Assembly: GCA_028534125.1 (NCBI GenBank)
Contig: CM052832.1
Location: 21,950,001 to 22,014,000 of the forward strand
DNA: 64,000 bases
Source: Lama glama
Lineage: Eukaryota
Direction of reading: 5' to 3'
Shown here: positions 40,083-52,800 of the stretch, piece by piece
How the letters are laid out: each line of letters opens with the position of its first letter
Position numbering within the stretch: the first letter of the stretch is position 1
The notes under the pieces: generated by a model
What the model saw: only the letters and a program-made list of their open reading frames with translations
Told to the model about the DNA's origin: nothing
The model's database searches: none
Program-made: the position numbers and the translations under genes

Positions 40083-41269
40083 TAGGGGCTTTTTAATATA
40101 AATAATTCAGAAGAAAGAAACTGTATGTTTTCATTAAAATGTAAAATTTCCAATAAAGAAAACATTCGAGTGAAAAAAGAAAAGAATGATAAGGAAATGT
40201 GGAATAAATGTATAAACTTTCAGAGTGATTGACTAAAGCTTTTAATGTTATTCTTTACAGTAAAAATTGAAGAGAAAATGTGGGCAATAATGAAGTTGGA
40301 GAATTCTTTCTAGCTTAGCCACTAACCAAGAAAGAAGGAATAAAATATGAAAGCTATGAAAATGGAGGCACACATATTTTAGATTTAGCTTATGATCAAA
40401 GCAATTAGCTAAGGTACTTGTAAATTTGTACTAATCAGTATCTTTTTATGATAAATAAATCACGCATTTAATTAATTCACTCCTGAAAAATGATAAGAAG
40501 TATATATGAAATTTTCTGTGTAGAATATTAGATAAACTTAGAGTGAAATTTAAAATGGATAAGTCTATTTCTTATATAAGAGGTAAGAAAAATATGTGTC
40601 CTCAATTTTTAAACTTCAGCAGGTCATATATTATGCAAATATATTATTACTTATGATAGCTTCCTATTGCATGTGATAGAAAGCTAACTGTAATGTCTTA
40701 ATTGCAAAAGGATGAGGGGGCACACGAAAATTAATGCTAGACCCAGGGATTTTGATTGGATTTAACGAATTGTCAGAGTAAATTCCCCAGCTGGACACCA
40801 TACAACTAAAGCAGTTTTTTTAGTAAGACTTTTCAGGTGTTGGTTTTCATAAACGATGAAAAATAAGCAAACAAGTTAGGATATTATCACAACAGCCTAA
40901 CCGTAAAGCCAGGAAGAAAGATGATGATAGTAGAAATGGAGAAAAAAGGACAGATACAAGAGCTATGTCAAAAGAAAATGTACCCAAGATGGGTGAATGC
41001 TTCAATGTAGAGAATAAAAGGGAAGGACAGCAATGTTCTTAAATAAATTGAGAAAATGTCATGTAAAAACATGACGTGAAATATTAACCTGCTCTTGTCT
41101 TTAGACTAATGCTGAATTTTCTCCGTGTAATCTAACCACTAGGGGTCAGAGTGTTATACTTGTAATATCAACTATTCCGGTCTGGCAATTTACACAAATT
41201 GGTTTGGCTTGATTCTATAATTAATCTTATCTTTTCATTCTCCCACTCTCAGAATGAGTGGTTTGGGGC

Positions 41270-41615
41270 TGTGCCTGTGGCCCGGGCCACAGCCATGGGA
41301 ACACCACACTCCCTTGCCAGGCCACAGTGAGTTCCGGACTCCCAGTCCAGTGGGAGAATTTGGCTGGAGCTCCCAGGGCTACCACGTGGAGAACACCTGC
41401 CTGAGACCCAAGCTGTTTCAGAGTAAAGGAGAGCTGAGCAGTGAAGAGAGAAATCAACAAGTTTCAAAGACAACTGTAAACCCCCTACATCCGCATGCTT
41501 GGAGCTAGGATTTACTGCTGAGCTGTTCAGTTTTATGAACAAGTAAATCCCCTCTTTTAACCCTGAAGCTAATTTGAGCAGGTTTATTTCACTTACAACC
41601 AAAAGAGTCCAGGCT
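41270..41615 (+). mobile_element. MaLR LTR fragment (MLT1-like)
   Basis: TAAATCCCCTCTTTT...TTTCACTTACAACCAAAAGAGTCC end. Confidence 0.6.
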
Positions 41616-42170
41616 AAATTTATTTTTACATGTTCTCTTGGCTTTTAAACAAATAATTTGTATCAGTTGTCTGACTCCCTGATTGGGAAAGAGACATATG
41701 ATGTTTTCTCTGTCCTTCAGCAGCATAGGACTCAAGTAATAAATGTATTGAGTTATATAATAATGTATTTATTGAGTATATACAGTATACCAAGGACTGT
41801 TTTAACATTCAGGGCAAAAAAAATAGACCGATATCTCTGCCTTCTTTAAAGTTTATATGCTAGCAGGTAGAGAGAGATAGATAATACACAATAAATATGA
41901 TATAAATAGAAATTCTATATTGTGTCCAAAAGTGATTTTTAAAATGGCCAAAAATTGCAGTGTTAAAGAGAACCAAGAGTAAGGACTTGCAATTTTTAAA
42001 GATGGTAGTCAACGTAGGCTTATTGAGAAAAAGATATTTAGGTAAAGACTTGAACAAGATGAGGAGGTAAGCCAAGGACTGTATGGCGGAACTGCATTCA
42101 GGAAAAAGGAACCAGCCGGTGCACAGGCTCCAAAGGAAGAGTACACCTGGCATGTTCAAGAGACAGCAGG

Positions 42171-42202
42171 ATCCATCAACAGATGAATGGAGGAAGAAGA
42201 TG

Positions 42203-42241
<39 letters not shown>

Positions 42242-42716
42242 ATAGAATACTACTCAGCCATTTAAAAAAAAGGATGAAATTTTGCCACTTGCAACAATGT
42301 GGATGGACTTGGAGAGTATTAGGCTTAGTGAAATAAGTCAGACAGAGAAAGACAAATATTGTATGTTTTCGTTTATAGTGTGGAATAAATCAAAAAATAA
42401 ATAAATCAGGGAATCTAACAAAAAAGAAACAAATTCACAGATACAGAGAACAAACTAGCGGTTACCAGTGGGGAGAGGGAAGGCGGACAAGAGCAAGATC
42501 AGGGAAGGGATTAAAAGGTACAAACTACTATGTATAAAATACAGAAGCCATAAGGATATATTGTACAACACAGCCAATATTTTATAGTAAGTTTGAGAGG
42601 AGGATAACCTTTAAAAATGGTGAATCAAAATTTTGGTATGTTGTGCATCTGAAACCTACACGGTATTGTAAATCAACTATACTTCAAAATAAATTAATTT
42701 ATTATTATTATTTTTA
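42171..42716 (+). mobile_element. L1 3' end with (GT)n and 13-bp TSD
   Basis: TCCATCAACAGATGAATGG...AATCAACTATACTTC; TSD AAGAGA(C/T)AGCAGG at 42158-42170 and 42717-42729. Confidence 0.9.
42206..42238. repeat. (GT)n microsatellite
   Basis: Directly visible. Confidence 0.95.
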
Positions 42717-43164
42717 AAGAGATAGCAGGGAGATCAGAGTGGTTGGAATGGAGTGAGTGGGTGAGTAATAAGAGGTCAGAGTGTGAACAAAACCAGATCA
42801 GATTTGCCCTGATGGGCCACAGTCAGGTCAGATCTTGGGATTTTACTCTGGAAGAAATGGGAGGCACTACAGAGTTATGAGAGGAGGGTGGGTCAAGGAG
42901 ATCAGTTAGGAAGCTGTTGGAATAACCCAGGCAGGCACTGACAGTTTTCTGCAGGAGCAGGAGGTGACCAGTGGTTAGATTCTGAACATATTTGAGAACC
43001 CAGCCCATAGAATTTCTGGTACATTGGATTTAGGGTATGAGGCGGAGAAGAAAGGGAAGGATGATAACTTCAAAGTTCTGGGCCTGGACCACAAGAAGAA
43101 AGAGACTTCCATCAGGGGAGATGGAATAGATTCCTGAAGGGGGAGATCAGGAATTCAAGGCATC

Positions 43165-44350
43165 TTTAATGTTTTATCTTTTATTTTTTGTTTTGAAATA
43201 ATTTTAGTTTTTTTAAGTTGCAAAATTATTACAATTAGTTCATGTATAACCTTCACCCACCTTTCCCCGATGACAACATTTTACATAACCAAAATATAAT
43301 TCTCAACCCCAGGAAATTCACATTGATACAATATTGTTAACTCTCCCAATCTAGGACAGGTCCTCATTCTTTATTTGTCTTTCATGATCTTGACATTTTT
43401 TTGAAGGATTCTAATCAGTTATTTTGTAAAATGTCCCTTGGTTTAAGTTGGTCTGATGTTTCCTGATAACTAAATTCAGGTTATGAATTTTTTGGCAATA
43501 CCACTGCAGAAGTGATGCTACGGCCAGTTAGACCATCATATCAAGGAGGTACATGATGTTAATAGGTCTGAATTACCAGTGACATACTTTGGACGTGGTC
43601 TCTGCAATGTAAAGTTACTATTTTTCCCATTGTTGCCAGAAAGTGTCTTGTGGGAAGATACTTTGAGAGTTGTAAGTCTCTTGTTTCCCAGCATGTGTTT
43701 GCCCACCAATTTTAGCATCCCTGAATGATTCTTGTGGGCAACAATCATTACTGTGCAGTTTGACAAATGATAATGTTCCATTTCCATTATTCCTTCCACT
43801 TTTATTCTTAAATGAGCTGTCCCTTCTCAATTATTTATCTGTTCAATTATTAATTCATATTATTATGGATACACAGATATTCATTTTATTCTCTGGTTTA
43901 TAATCCATTGCCAGAATTAATCTGATGCTCAAATTATCCCAGATTTGGCCATTGGCCTTCAGGGTTAGCTTCTGTGTTCTTTGGACATGTCTGCATTTTT
44001 TTTTTTAGCACTTCCTTATTTTCTGGCACCACAAGATGCTTTAGGCTCAATTTTTTTTTTTGGCTTTTTTGTTTGTTTTATGGAGGGGAGGTAATTAGGT
44101 TTATTTATTTATTTATATTTGGAGGCGGTACTGGGGATTGAACCCAGGACCTCATGCATGCTAAGCATGCACTCTACCACTTGAGCTATAGCCTCCCCCC
44201 TTTAGGCTTATCTTGCACTTTCTCTGCTCTATCCCTGGAATCAGCCAGTTTTCCAAGGAGCTGTGGTTCTTTTTAGTGAGAAATGGTATTTAGAAACTAA
44301 GATATGAGCACTAGGTGTGCTCATTGCTGTTGGCTGTCACTGCTCTAGCA
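43165..44350 (-). mobile_element. Old L1 3' UTR (L1MC/ME-like)
   Basis: Reverse homolog of 22420-23600. Confidence 0.75.
44051..44200 (-). mobile_element. Vic-1-like SINE inside an old L1 3' end
   Basis: Same consensus; TTTAGGCT repeated on both sides. Confidence 0.9.
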
Positions 44351-45189
44351 GCTCAGTTTTAAACCTATTAAACTTGATGTAACTTATCAGACATTGAGTT
44401 GGATTGTTAACTTGGCAGTTAGAATTATGATTCTGAAGTTTAAGTGAGAAATTTAGGCTGAAGATACACATTTGGGAGTTAATGGCTACAGGTAACATAT
44501 AAAGCCAAAATACTAGATGAAATTAGAATTAATATAAAAAGTGAAGAGGATCAAAGACTGAAGCTTGGGGCACTCCGATGTCAAGATGAGTGAGAAGAAG
44601 TAAAGAAAACTGAGAAGGACCAACCAGTGATGTAGGAAGAAAACGAAGAATGTTGTATCCCAGAAGCCAAATGCTAAAAGTATGTAATGAAGAAGGGAGT
44701 GATCAACTGTGTCAAATTATGCTGATAGGTCAAGTAAGATGATGACTAAGAATTCATCACTGAATTGAGCAACTTGGAAGGGAAGTTTTGGTGGAATGGA
44801 CAGGGTAAAAATTGAACGAAGTGGATTCAAGGGGGAAGAAAGGCAGAGAACTGGAGACAGGGCATACAGACCACTTAAGATTGCCTGCAAAGCGGAGCAG
44901 AGATATGGAACTTAGCAGCGGAAAAAGTGGGATCAAAAGGAAGGAATATTTTTAAGATAGGCGAAACAAGAGCATGATTATATGCGAAAGGAGAACAATC
45001 CCTTAGAGATGGAGAAATTGATGGTTCAGTACAGAGAGGGAGAAACTACGGAAGTAATATTGCTGAGAAAAAACGGTGACCATTTCCTAAGCATTATATC
45101 ATAACACCTGAGATATGAATATTTGAGAATAGATAAAAGTTGTTCACCTAGTTTAAAAAATCAAATACATTTGGCTGATTTTGTTTTTA

Positions 45190-45250
45190 AATTAAAGTAT
45201 AGTCAGCTACAATGTGTCAATTTCTGGTGTACAGCACAATGTCCCAGTCA

Positions 45251-45315
<65 letters not shown>

Positions 45316-45520
45316 TTATTTATTTATTTTCATATTCTTTTTCATAAAAGGTTATAACAAGATGCTGAATATAGTTCCCTGTACTATACAGAATAAATTT
45401 GTTTTTTAATCTATTTTTTTAATATAGTGGTTATCATTTGCAAATCTCAAACTCCCAAATTTATCCCTTCCCACCCCTTTCCCCCGGTAACCATAAGATT
45501 GTTTGCTATGTCTGCAAATC
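45190..45520 (-). mobile_element. L1 3' end containing (TA)n
   Basis: AAAGTATAGTCAGCTACAATGTGTCAATTTCTGGTGTACAG...ATATAGTTCCCTGT; TGGCTGAT on both flanks. Confidence 0.85.
45254..45310. repeat. (AT)n microsatellite
   Basis: Directly visible; source of the YIYIYI ORFs. Confidence 0.95.
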
Positions 45521-47317
45521 TGGCTGATGTTATTTTTAAAAACACATTTAAAGAGATGTGACTTAAAAAACGAGAGCTTTCTAATAAGACATTAGCAGTG
45601 ACCATCAAGAGTCAACTAAAATATACTGGAAACATATTTCACTAGCAAGTGTCAGAATGTGGTCACTGCCAGGAAGATGTGGAAACAGAAACTCCTTTTT
45701 TCTTTTTTTAACCATAGGATACTCATGGCTTTTGGTTTTTAAAAAAAAGAAAAGAATCATTCATTAAAAGCTCTCTATTAGCCACATCTCTCATGGGCTT
45801 CTTTCTAAAATATTTCTTGCAAGTGATAAATGGGCAGGGGAAATTCAGAGATTTGCAATTCCACTGAGAGAAAATCTGTTTGAGAGTGAGTGGTGGGAAT
45901 GATAAAGACCGTGAAAGATTTTACGAGTCAGAAACTCACTACCAGAGTATAGAAAAACACTTGCAGTAGCCGATTTCATGAGAATGTACTCCCTGAAGCT
46001 ACAGAGAAACCAGGTTTAAGCTGCATCAGTCAGGAGGGGGAGAAGAGGAGGGAGTGTTCAGTTTGGGCTTATTTGGTCTATTTGGTGAATCTAAATTTCT
46101 CAAAGACCCCCTGGGGTGGCTGTCCATTCAATAGGAGAGTAAAAGCAGAGATCAAAAGGCAAAGTAAACCAGGACAAAATAAAGAAAACAAGACTTTTTG
46201 TCATTTTCTTTATTGTGTTCTTGTAGTTATCCTCTTTAATTTCTCAATAAATGATTTGTAAAGAGACAGAAGAAATGTTTAGGAAAAAGGCACTTGCAGA
46301 GCCACTACAGCATTTATTTTCAAAGCATACATTTAATTATGTTATGTATAAATATGGACAGAATTCATACGCTAAATGAATTTGCTCAAAGCAAAACTCT
46401 ATTCCCTGAAGTTGACTTGTTCTGACATAATTATGATGTTTTATGAGACAAGTGACACATTTATTTAGTTGATTGTTGCTTGTATAGCCTAATGGAGGGA
46501 AACAATGGTGTGGTTACTCCAAAATAATCAAAAGTCATTTATATATGACTTTGAAAAAAAAAAAGAGCTTGCTATTTGGCTATGAATGTGGGTATTTTTA
46601 AGATTCTAAGATTTTTTTTCAAAAACTTCAAATGGAGCAATGAAAACATACTGTGTAAAAACTTACTCAGATCATAGCCTGGCCCTGCATCTATTAAACC
46701 TGAAATAAGTCGATGCACCAGGAAGTTTCTCAGCTTCCCTATCACTTAGCAGCTATGTCAGATAGTCATTGTTTTTCTTTATCCAGAAGAACCTTCTCTA
46801 ATTCTGTGTGATCCAGAGGGCCATGGACTACTTCAGCCTCTACCAGTGGGCAAATGACTAAGACCAGATCAATCAGAACCTTGTAGTCCTCTGACCACAG
46901 TGCTGGATTTTATGAGTACCTATAACCTGGGCAAGCCCCGTGGGCGTATCCTATCCTCCCTGGCAGTAAGTTCATGGATGAGCACATGGGAACAAGAGTC
47001 TGCAGCTGCCATTTTTACAAAACATGCCCATGCCCTGCTGGCTCTAATTGATCAATCTAGAATTAACCTCTGGCCCAAATTGGTCTAATCAGAGGTCTTT
47101 CCCTATGAATTTGAAACAGAGACAAAGAGAGTTCAGTATCAGTTTTGACATCTAACAGAAGAGTTGTTTATCAGGGAGCTTCCACGTGACTGTGGGAGAA
47201 GAGAGAGCTGTTCTTAAGAGAGAAAATGAAAGAAGAAAGCAGCAGTCAGGCCGAGAGCAAGAGAGATGAAAATGAAGAGAGAAATCCGAATCTGGTCCTT
47301 TAAGGACCAGACTATTC

Positions 47318-47487
47318 TTTTTTTTTTTTAAGTTTATTTACTTAATTAATTAATTAATTTTGGTAGGGGAGAGGTAATTAGGTTTATTTAGCACTTATTT
47401 ATTCTTAGAGGAGGTACTGGGGATTGAACCCATGACCTCATGCATGCTAAGTATGTGCTCTACCACTTGAGCTATACCATCCCCCAC
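47318..47487 (-). mobile_element. Vic-1-like SINE
   Basis: Same consensus; GACTATTCTT and GACTACATTCTT flanks. Confidence 0.9.
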
Positions 47488-48049
47488 CTTGACTACATTC
47501 TTGACCCTTAGTTCTCTGAAGGTACAAATGTAAATCCTCACGTTAATCTTTTTCTCTGAATTGGTTTCTCCAATTGATTTCTCATTGTCAGTCAAGAATC
47601 TTTACTGATTCTGCAGCCCCTGAAGGTTGAATAATGCATGGATAGAGAAGGCAGATGGATGGATTGACCCAGGGTTCAGAATCTGCAGGACAGACAGAGT
47701 AGAAGGACAAGAGGTACCAGTGAGAAAGAAGCTGAAGTGGCTGAAAATGAGAGTCAAGTTGGATTGAGAAGAAAGAGAATCCAAAAAGGAATAACTCCAA
47801 CTAGAAGAAGAAGAGCTGAGAGGCTACAGGGCTCGGTTAGATGAGTCTTTGCTTTGTGAGAGTCAGGAATTGTGGGGAAGGATGTGGTCTGAGAGTAGGT
47901 ATCAAAGATAGAGGAGTCCCAAATTGTAACTAGGTCCAGGATGTGGCCAAGAGAGTGGGCTGCTGAGAGGGAAGTAAGAGTTGGAATAGAGATTAAGGGA
48001 CACTAAGAAATAGAATGTATAATTTACCCAGAAAAGTGGCAGAAGTTAG

Positions 48050-50350
48050 GTGGAGAACGTGAACCAAGTGTCAAAGCCGTGGTGTATACGTGTTTGTTAG
48101 AAATACAGGCGATTGACAGAATCAAAATTATACTGGAGATTTTAATTCTCCATTGTCAGTAGGAGAGATTAAGTGGATGAAATTTTGTATAAAAGATCCT
48201 GACATCTTCAAATATAGAATTAATTGATATTTATAATAAATTAAATGAGGTGCAGGAATTCTATTTATTGTGCTTACATAATGTTCTCTAGGCCATCAGT
48301 TGTGATAAAAACAGAAATTAATAACAGAAATACCCTAATTACATGAAAAATAATATAATTCTCCTAAATAATAGACTTACCAAGGAGAAAGTTAAGAACA
48401 CAGTAAAAATCTGTTTAAAAAATAATAAAGTACTTTTCAAAAACCTTGAAATGCAGGAAAACTCTTCTTAAAGGAAACATATGCTTGTAAATTATTTTAT
48501 TGCTAATAGATAGTTAATTAAATAAACATTGAATTAAAGATCTTAGAAAAGTAAAATTTTAAATCCTGATGAAAAAGTACTAAAAGCATAATAAAGTAAA
48601 TTAAAAATCAAAAGTACACTGGACAAATAAAATCAACAGCTGATTTTTTAAAAAGCAACTACAATAACAAATGAGATGTAAGACAATAAAGAGAAAAAAC
48701 ACAGTAATTAGAAACAAGAATACAGACATGGCAAGCAAACAAAAAGGGATACAAAATTATAAAGGAAAATAATATTATAAAAGCCTTTTTGTAGGAATCA
48801 GGATATGTTTATAAAATTCATTTTTTTAAATATCCGAAAAATGTGAAAACAACGTGATGTCTATTTCAATTAGTAAATAGTTGAACTTTGGTACTTATTT
48901 GTAATGGAATATTATTCATCAAGAAAAAAATGAATGAACTCCTTAACACACACAAATACGCTGCATGAAAAGGGACTTAAATAGCTCCATACTACATGGT
49001 TCTATTTGTATGACATTCTGGAAATGGTTAAACAATATGGACAGAAAACAGATCATCAACTGACAGGAACTGTGGGTAAAGGAAGGGTTGACTATAAAGG
49101 GCATGAAGGAACATTTTAAGGTGTTAAAAATGTTCCATATCTTAATAATAGTGGTTGTTATACAATTCTATGCATTTGTCAAAACTCTTAGAATTGTACA
49201 CTAAAAATGGTGAATTTTATTGTATGCCTATTACACCTCAATAAAATTTTTGATTTGGATTTAAAATATATATATATATAAACAATGAAATATTAAAGAA
49301 CAGTGCTAAAAAGAACAGGTAAAAAGTGCTCTTATAAGAAAATATTCCATGGACTAAAAATTAAAATGATGTGTCAACAGTATGAAAACAGAAATCTAGA
49401 TCAAAAGAAAAAATTAAAGAAACAGGCACAGACTTAAACACAGGTAATAGATTACTACTCTCCTTCCTTTCATTTTTTTTTTTCCTTCCCTTCCCTGGTC
49501 TTCCCTCCCTTACCCTGCCCTTCCTGAACAATTCAGTGAAAAAGCTATCAGACCATGGGAATGCAAATTGGTAGAGCCATTCTTGGAAGAGCTTGGTGGT
49601 TTCTTTAAAAAATAAACATGCTCTTATCATATGACCCATCAGTTGCATTCCTGGACATTTATCCCAGAGAAATGAAGACCTATGTTAACAAAAACAACAA
49701 CAACAAGAAAACCCCAAACATGTCCACAACTGTTTACAGCAGCTTTATCTGTAATGCCCCACCGTGGAAATAACCAACATGTCCTTCAATAGGACAATAG
49801 TTAAAAAACATTGGTACATCCACACTGTGGCTACTACTCAGCAGAGGGTGACCCAGCTTGGGATGTTAGAGTCAGAGTCGGATGGAGAGGATATCCCTAC
49901 AGGGGATAGATCAGCACCGGCCTGGCACAAAGTATCAGAGCCCAGACCGAAAAAGAATAGTGTCTGCCAGGGACAGGGGTGGGTGACAGATTCCAAGTGG
50001 GGTGAGGAGGAGGTCTATGACTGGGGAAGAGGCATGGTGGCCACATGGGGGATTGGTTACAAATAGAAGGATCAAGCAAATATATTGAGGATAATGGATG
50101 CTAAGTTTCTCACTGTCAAGCAACAGAATTAGAAATAGTAAAAGAGAGAAAATAAGAATGACCCCTGTGGCACTGGACTTGAATTAGAGATGTCAGTGTG
50201 AACTCATTTTTAATGAATAGAGGTAGATAATAGAAGTAAATATAAATGGAACAGTGTGTGTATGTGTGTGTGAATTATATAATATGTGTGTGGGAAGTGA
50301 TATGTGTGTATGTATGTGTGCACCCGCTAACCAGATCTTAAGTAAAACAG
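48050..50350 (+). mobile_element. Decayed L1ME/L1MC fragments
   Basis: A-rich ORF2-like sequence; 3' motifs TTTGTCAAAACTC...GTGAATTTTATTGTATG...TACACCTCAATAAA and CATTTATCCCAGAGAAATGAA. Confidence 0.65.
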
Positions 50351-51541
50351 GATGTTTAATCTTAGGATGGATCACTCTAAGCAAATAATGGATTTAGAGC
50401 TTGAAATAATTTCACCCAGGACCAATTTCGCACTCCATGCCTTGACTCTGTCATTCACCTTGACTTTGTTTTTATTCTCAGACTCTGTCATTAGTTCCAG
50501 GCCAATTTACAGACTCAAATCCAGAAGAGAAAAGAAAAATTACTACTTTCACTCAACAATCTCAAAAAAAAAAAAAGAAAGAAAGAAAGAAAGGAAGGAA
50601 CTGAATATAGTTCCCTGTGTTATACAGTAGGTTCTTGTTGTTTATCTACTTTATATATAGGCATGTGTATCTATTAATCCCAAACTCCTAATCTATCTAG
50701 TTCTAGTTGCTTTGGAACAGGGACACTTATGGGTGATTTATTTTCAGATGGTTTTCTTCTCATTCTTCCCTTGACATCATTAGTAAAGTCCCTCTTATTC
50801 ACTCTTGTTTTTATGAATTCTTAAAGGAGATGAGGACAAGGGTACAACCATTATCTAAGTCCTGACAAATGTTACTGATAATTATCTTGATTACTCTTCA
50901 TAATGACAATAAAAAGTGGTGCCTTCTCTTCCCCACGTGGGTGCTAATGGAGTGGCCTTCCTCCTGCAGGACAGATGTCTTTTCCCCTGCTTCACAGCAG
51001 GACGTGGTTCAGGGCCCCCAGTTATGAGAGGCCATTTCTCCATTTGAATCCCACGTGAGCAGGGAAGTTCTTTCTGAGACAGAGACGTGTAGGCTGAAGC
51101 CTAGAATTAGAAGAAGCCAAAGAAGAGAGAGAGTATGAGGAAGCAAGGGTAAAAAAATTCCAGGCCAAGAGAACTGCAAATTCAAACACTCTGAGGTGGG
51201 GAAAAGGGCCAATGAAACAGCAATGCGTGAATGGGGAGAGACTGGCTGGGGAGGAGGCAGGCAGGGACCAGCGAGGCTAGCCCTCCTACATCGTGAACCA
51301 CCAAGAGAGGTTTATTGGCCTCAAGGAACTTGTCAGGGGATACAGTTGTCAAATTTCCTGATGCTTAACATTGACTAAAGGTTGGTTGACAGATTCAATA
51401 TTAATAAGGGATTGCCTTAAGGGGATGGAGTGCGTGCTTGTCTCTAAAAATCTATCTGTGGGTTAAGTCAGATGAGCTGAGCGCTAGACTGCCCTTCTGA
51501 AAGGTTCTGTGAGTTAATGACCCAAGACCAGGTTAAAGACC

Positions 51542-52062
51542 TGTGGTAGCCAGTGTCCAAGATGACCCCACTAAGGCTCATCTTTGTATATTCCCCTCTT
51601 GCACTGAATCTGGCTGAGCTGTGTAATTGCTGGAATGTTGAGGAAATGACAGTGTGTGATTTCTGAGGCTAGGACATCAAAAACTATGTAGCTTCCGTCT
51701 TTTTCTTTCTTGGATCATTCACCCTGGGGAAGTCAGTGGCTGTGTGATGAGGATACTCAAGCAGACCCATGAAGAGGTCCACATGGGAAGGAACGGAGGC
51801 CTCTTGCCAAAAGCCAGCACCCACATACAGATCATGAGTGAGCCAGCTTGAAGTGAACCCTCCAGTCCCAGGTCCGTCTTCAGATGACCATCACACTGGC
51901 TGATGCCTTGACCCAGTCTCATGAGACATCTCAAGTTAGGACCACCTGACAGAGCTGCTCCCCAATTCCTGACCTACAGAAACTGTATGAGACAATAAAT
52001 GTTTATTGTCTTGAGCCAATAGGTTTTGGTATTTTTGTTATATAGCAATAGATTAAAGCAGA
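51542..52062 (+). mobile_element. MaLR solo LTR (MLT1F/G/H-like)
   Basis: TGTGGTAGCC start; TTCCTGACCTACAGAAACTGT...AATAAATGTTTATTG...TATAGCAATAGAT end. Confidence 0.8.
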
Positions 52063-52349
52063 CGTTAAAAGAAACAACACTAATAAACTATTTGCTAGAA
52101 CAAAAGTAACACTGTTTGTTAAGGACATTGTCTGTGAGTTACTTAACCTGACTATACCTCCAGTTTCTTTATTTTTCAAAGGGGACTAATTAATAGTATC
52201 CATTTTCAGAATGTCTAGAACATTAACTGGAATAATAGATGGAGACATTTTAAAGGATAAAATTGAATCAGAGACACAGTAGAAACTCATTAGATGTCAC
52301 CCATCTTTATTATTATTTGCTGTTATTGTAATGACTCTTATTTTTTTAA

Positions 52350-52800
52350 GTTTAATTTTAACCAAATCTGTTTCTCCTCCTGTTTTTCAAAATGAATTAG
52401 TAACACAATGATCCTGACAGTTAAAATACCAGAAACCTGGGAATTATCCTTGACTGATTTTATTCTCACACTTTACACCCAGTCAGTCATTGCGTTCTAA
52501 TGATTATGTCTCCTAAGCCCTTTCAGATGATTTTCTTTATTCCTACTCCTACTGTCTGAGTTCAGGCCTCCATCAACTACCATCTGGACTATTAAATAGT
52601 TTCCTAAATTGTTTCCTGCCTCTAATCTTATTCCGCTTGAAACTGCTTTTCACGCTGCAGCCTGTGTGAGCTGTCTACAATACAAATATGATAAAGACAA
52701 TCCCTGGTGAAACCTTGCATTGGCCCTCTGACAGCCATATGAAGTCCCGTCTCCTTAGCATGACCAACAAGGCCTGTCAGGACCTGGCTACCGCCTGCCT
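52350..52800 (+). mobile_element. L2 fragment
   Basis: CCAGAAACCTGGGAATTATCCTTGAC, GTTCAGGCCTCCATCA, CTCCTTAGCATG. Confidence 0.65.

Larger units (their letters stand above)
41750..45060 (-). mobile_element. Long L2 hosting nested L1 and SINE insertions
   Basis: TATTTATTGAG start; purine-rich L2-type segments resume after each insertion. Confidence 0.7.

Noticed and set aside
44120..44200. tRNA-Ala(AGC)-like sequences (seven copies)
   Set aside because: They have A-rich tails, TSDs in several copies, a shared non-tRNA body and stem mismatches, so they are SINEs and not tRNA genes.
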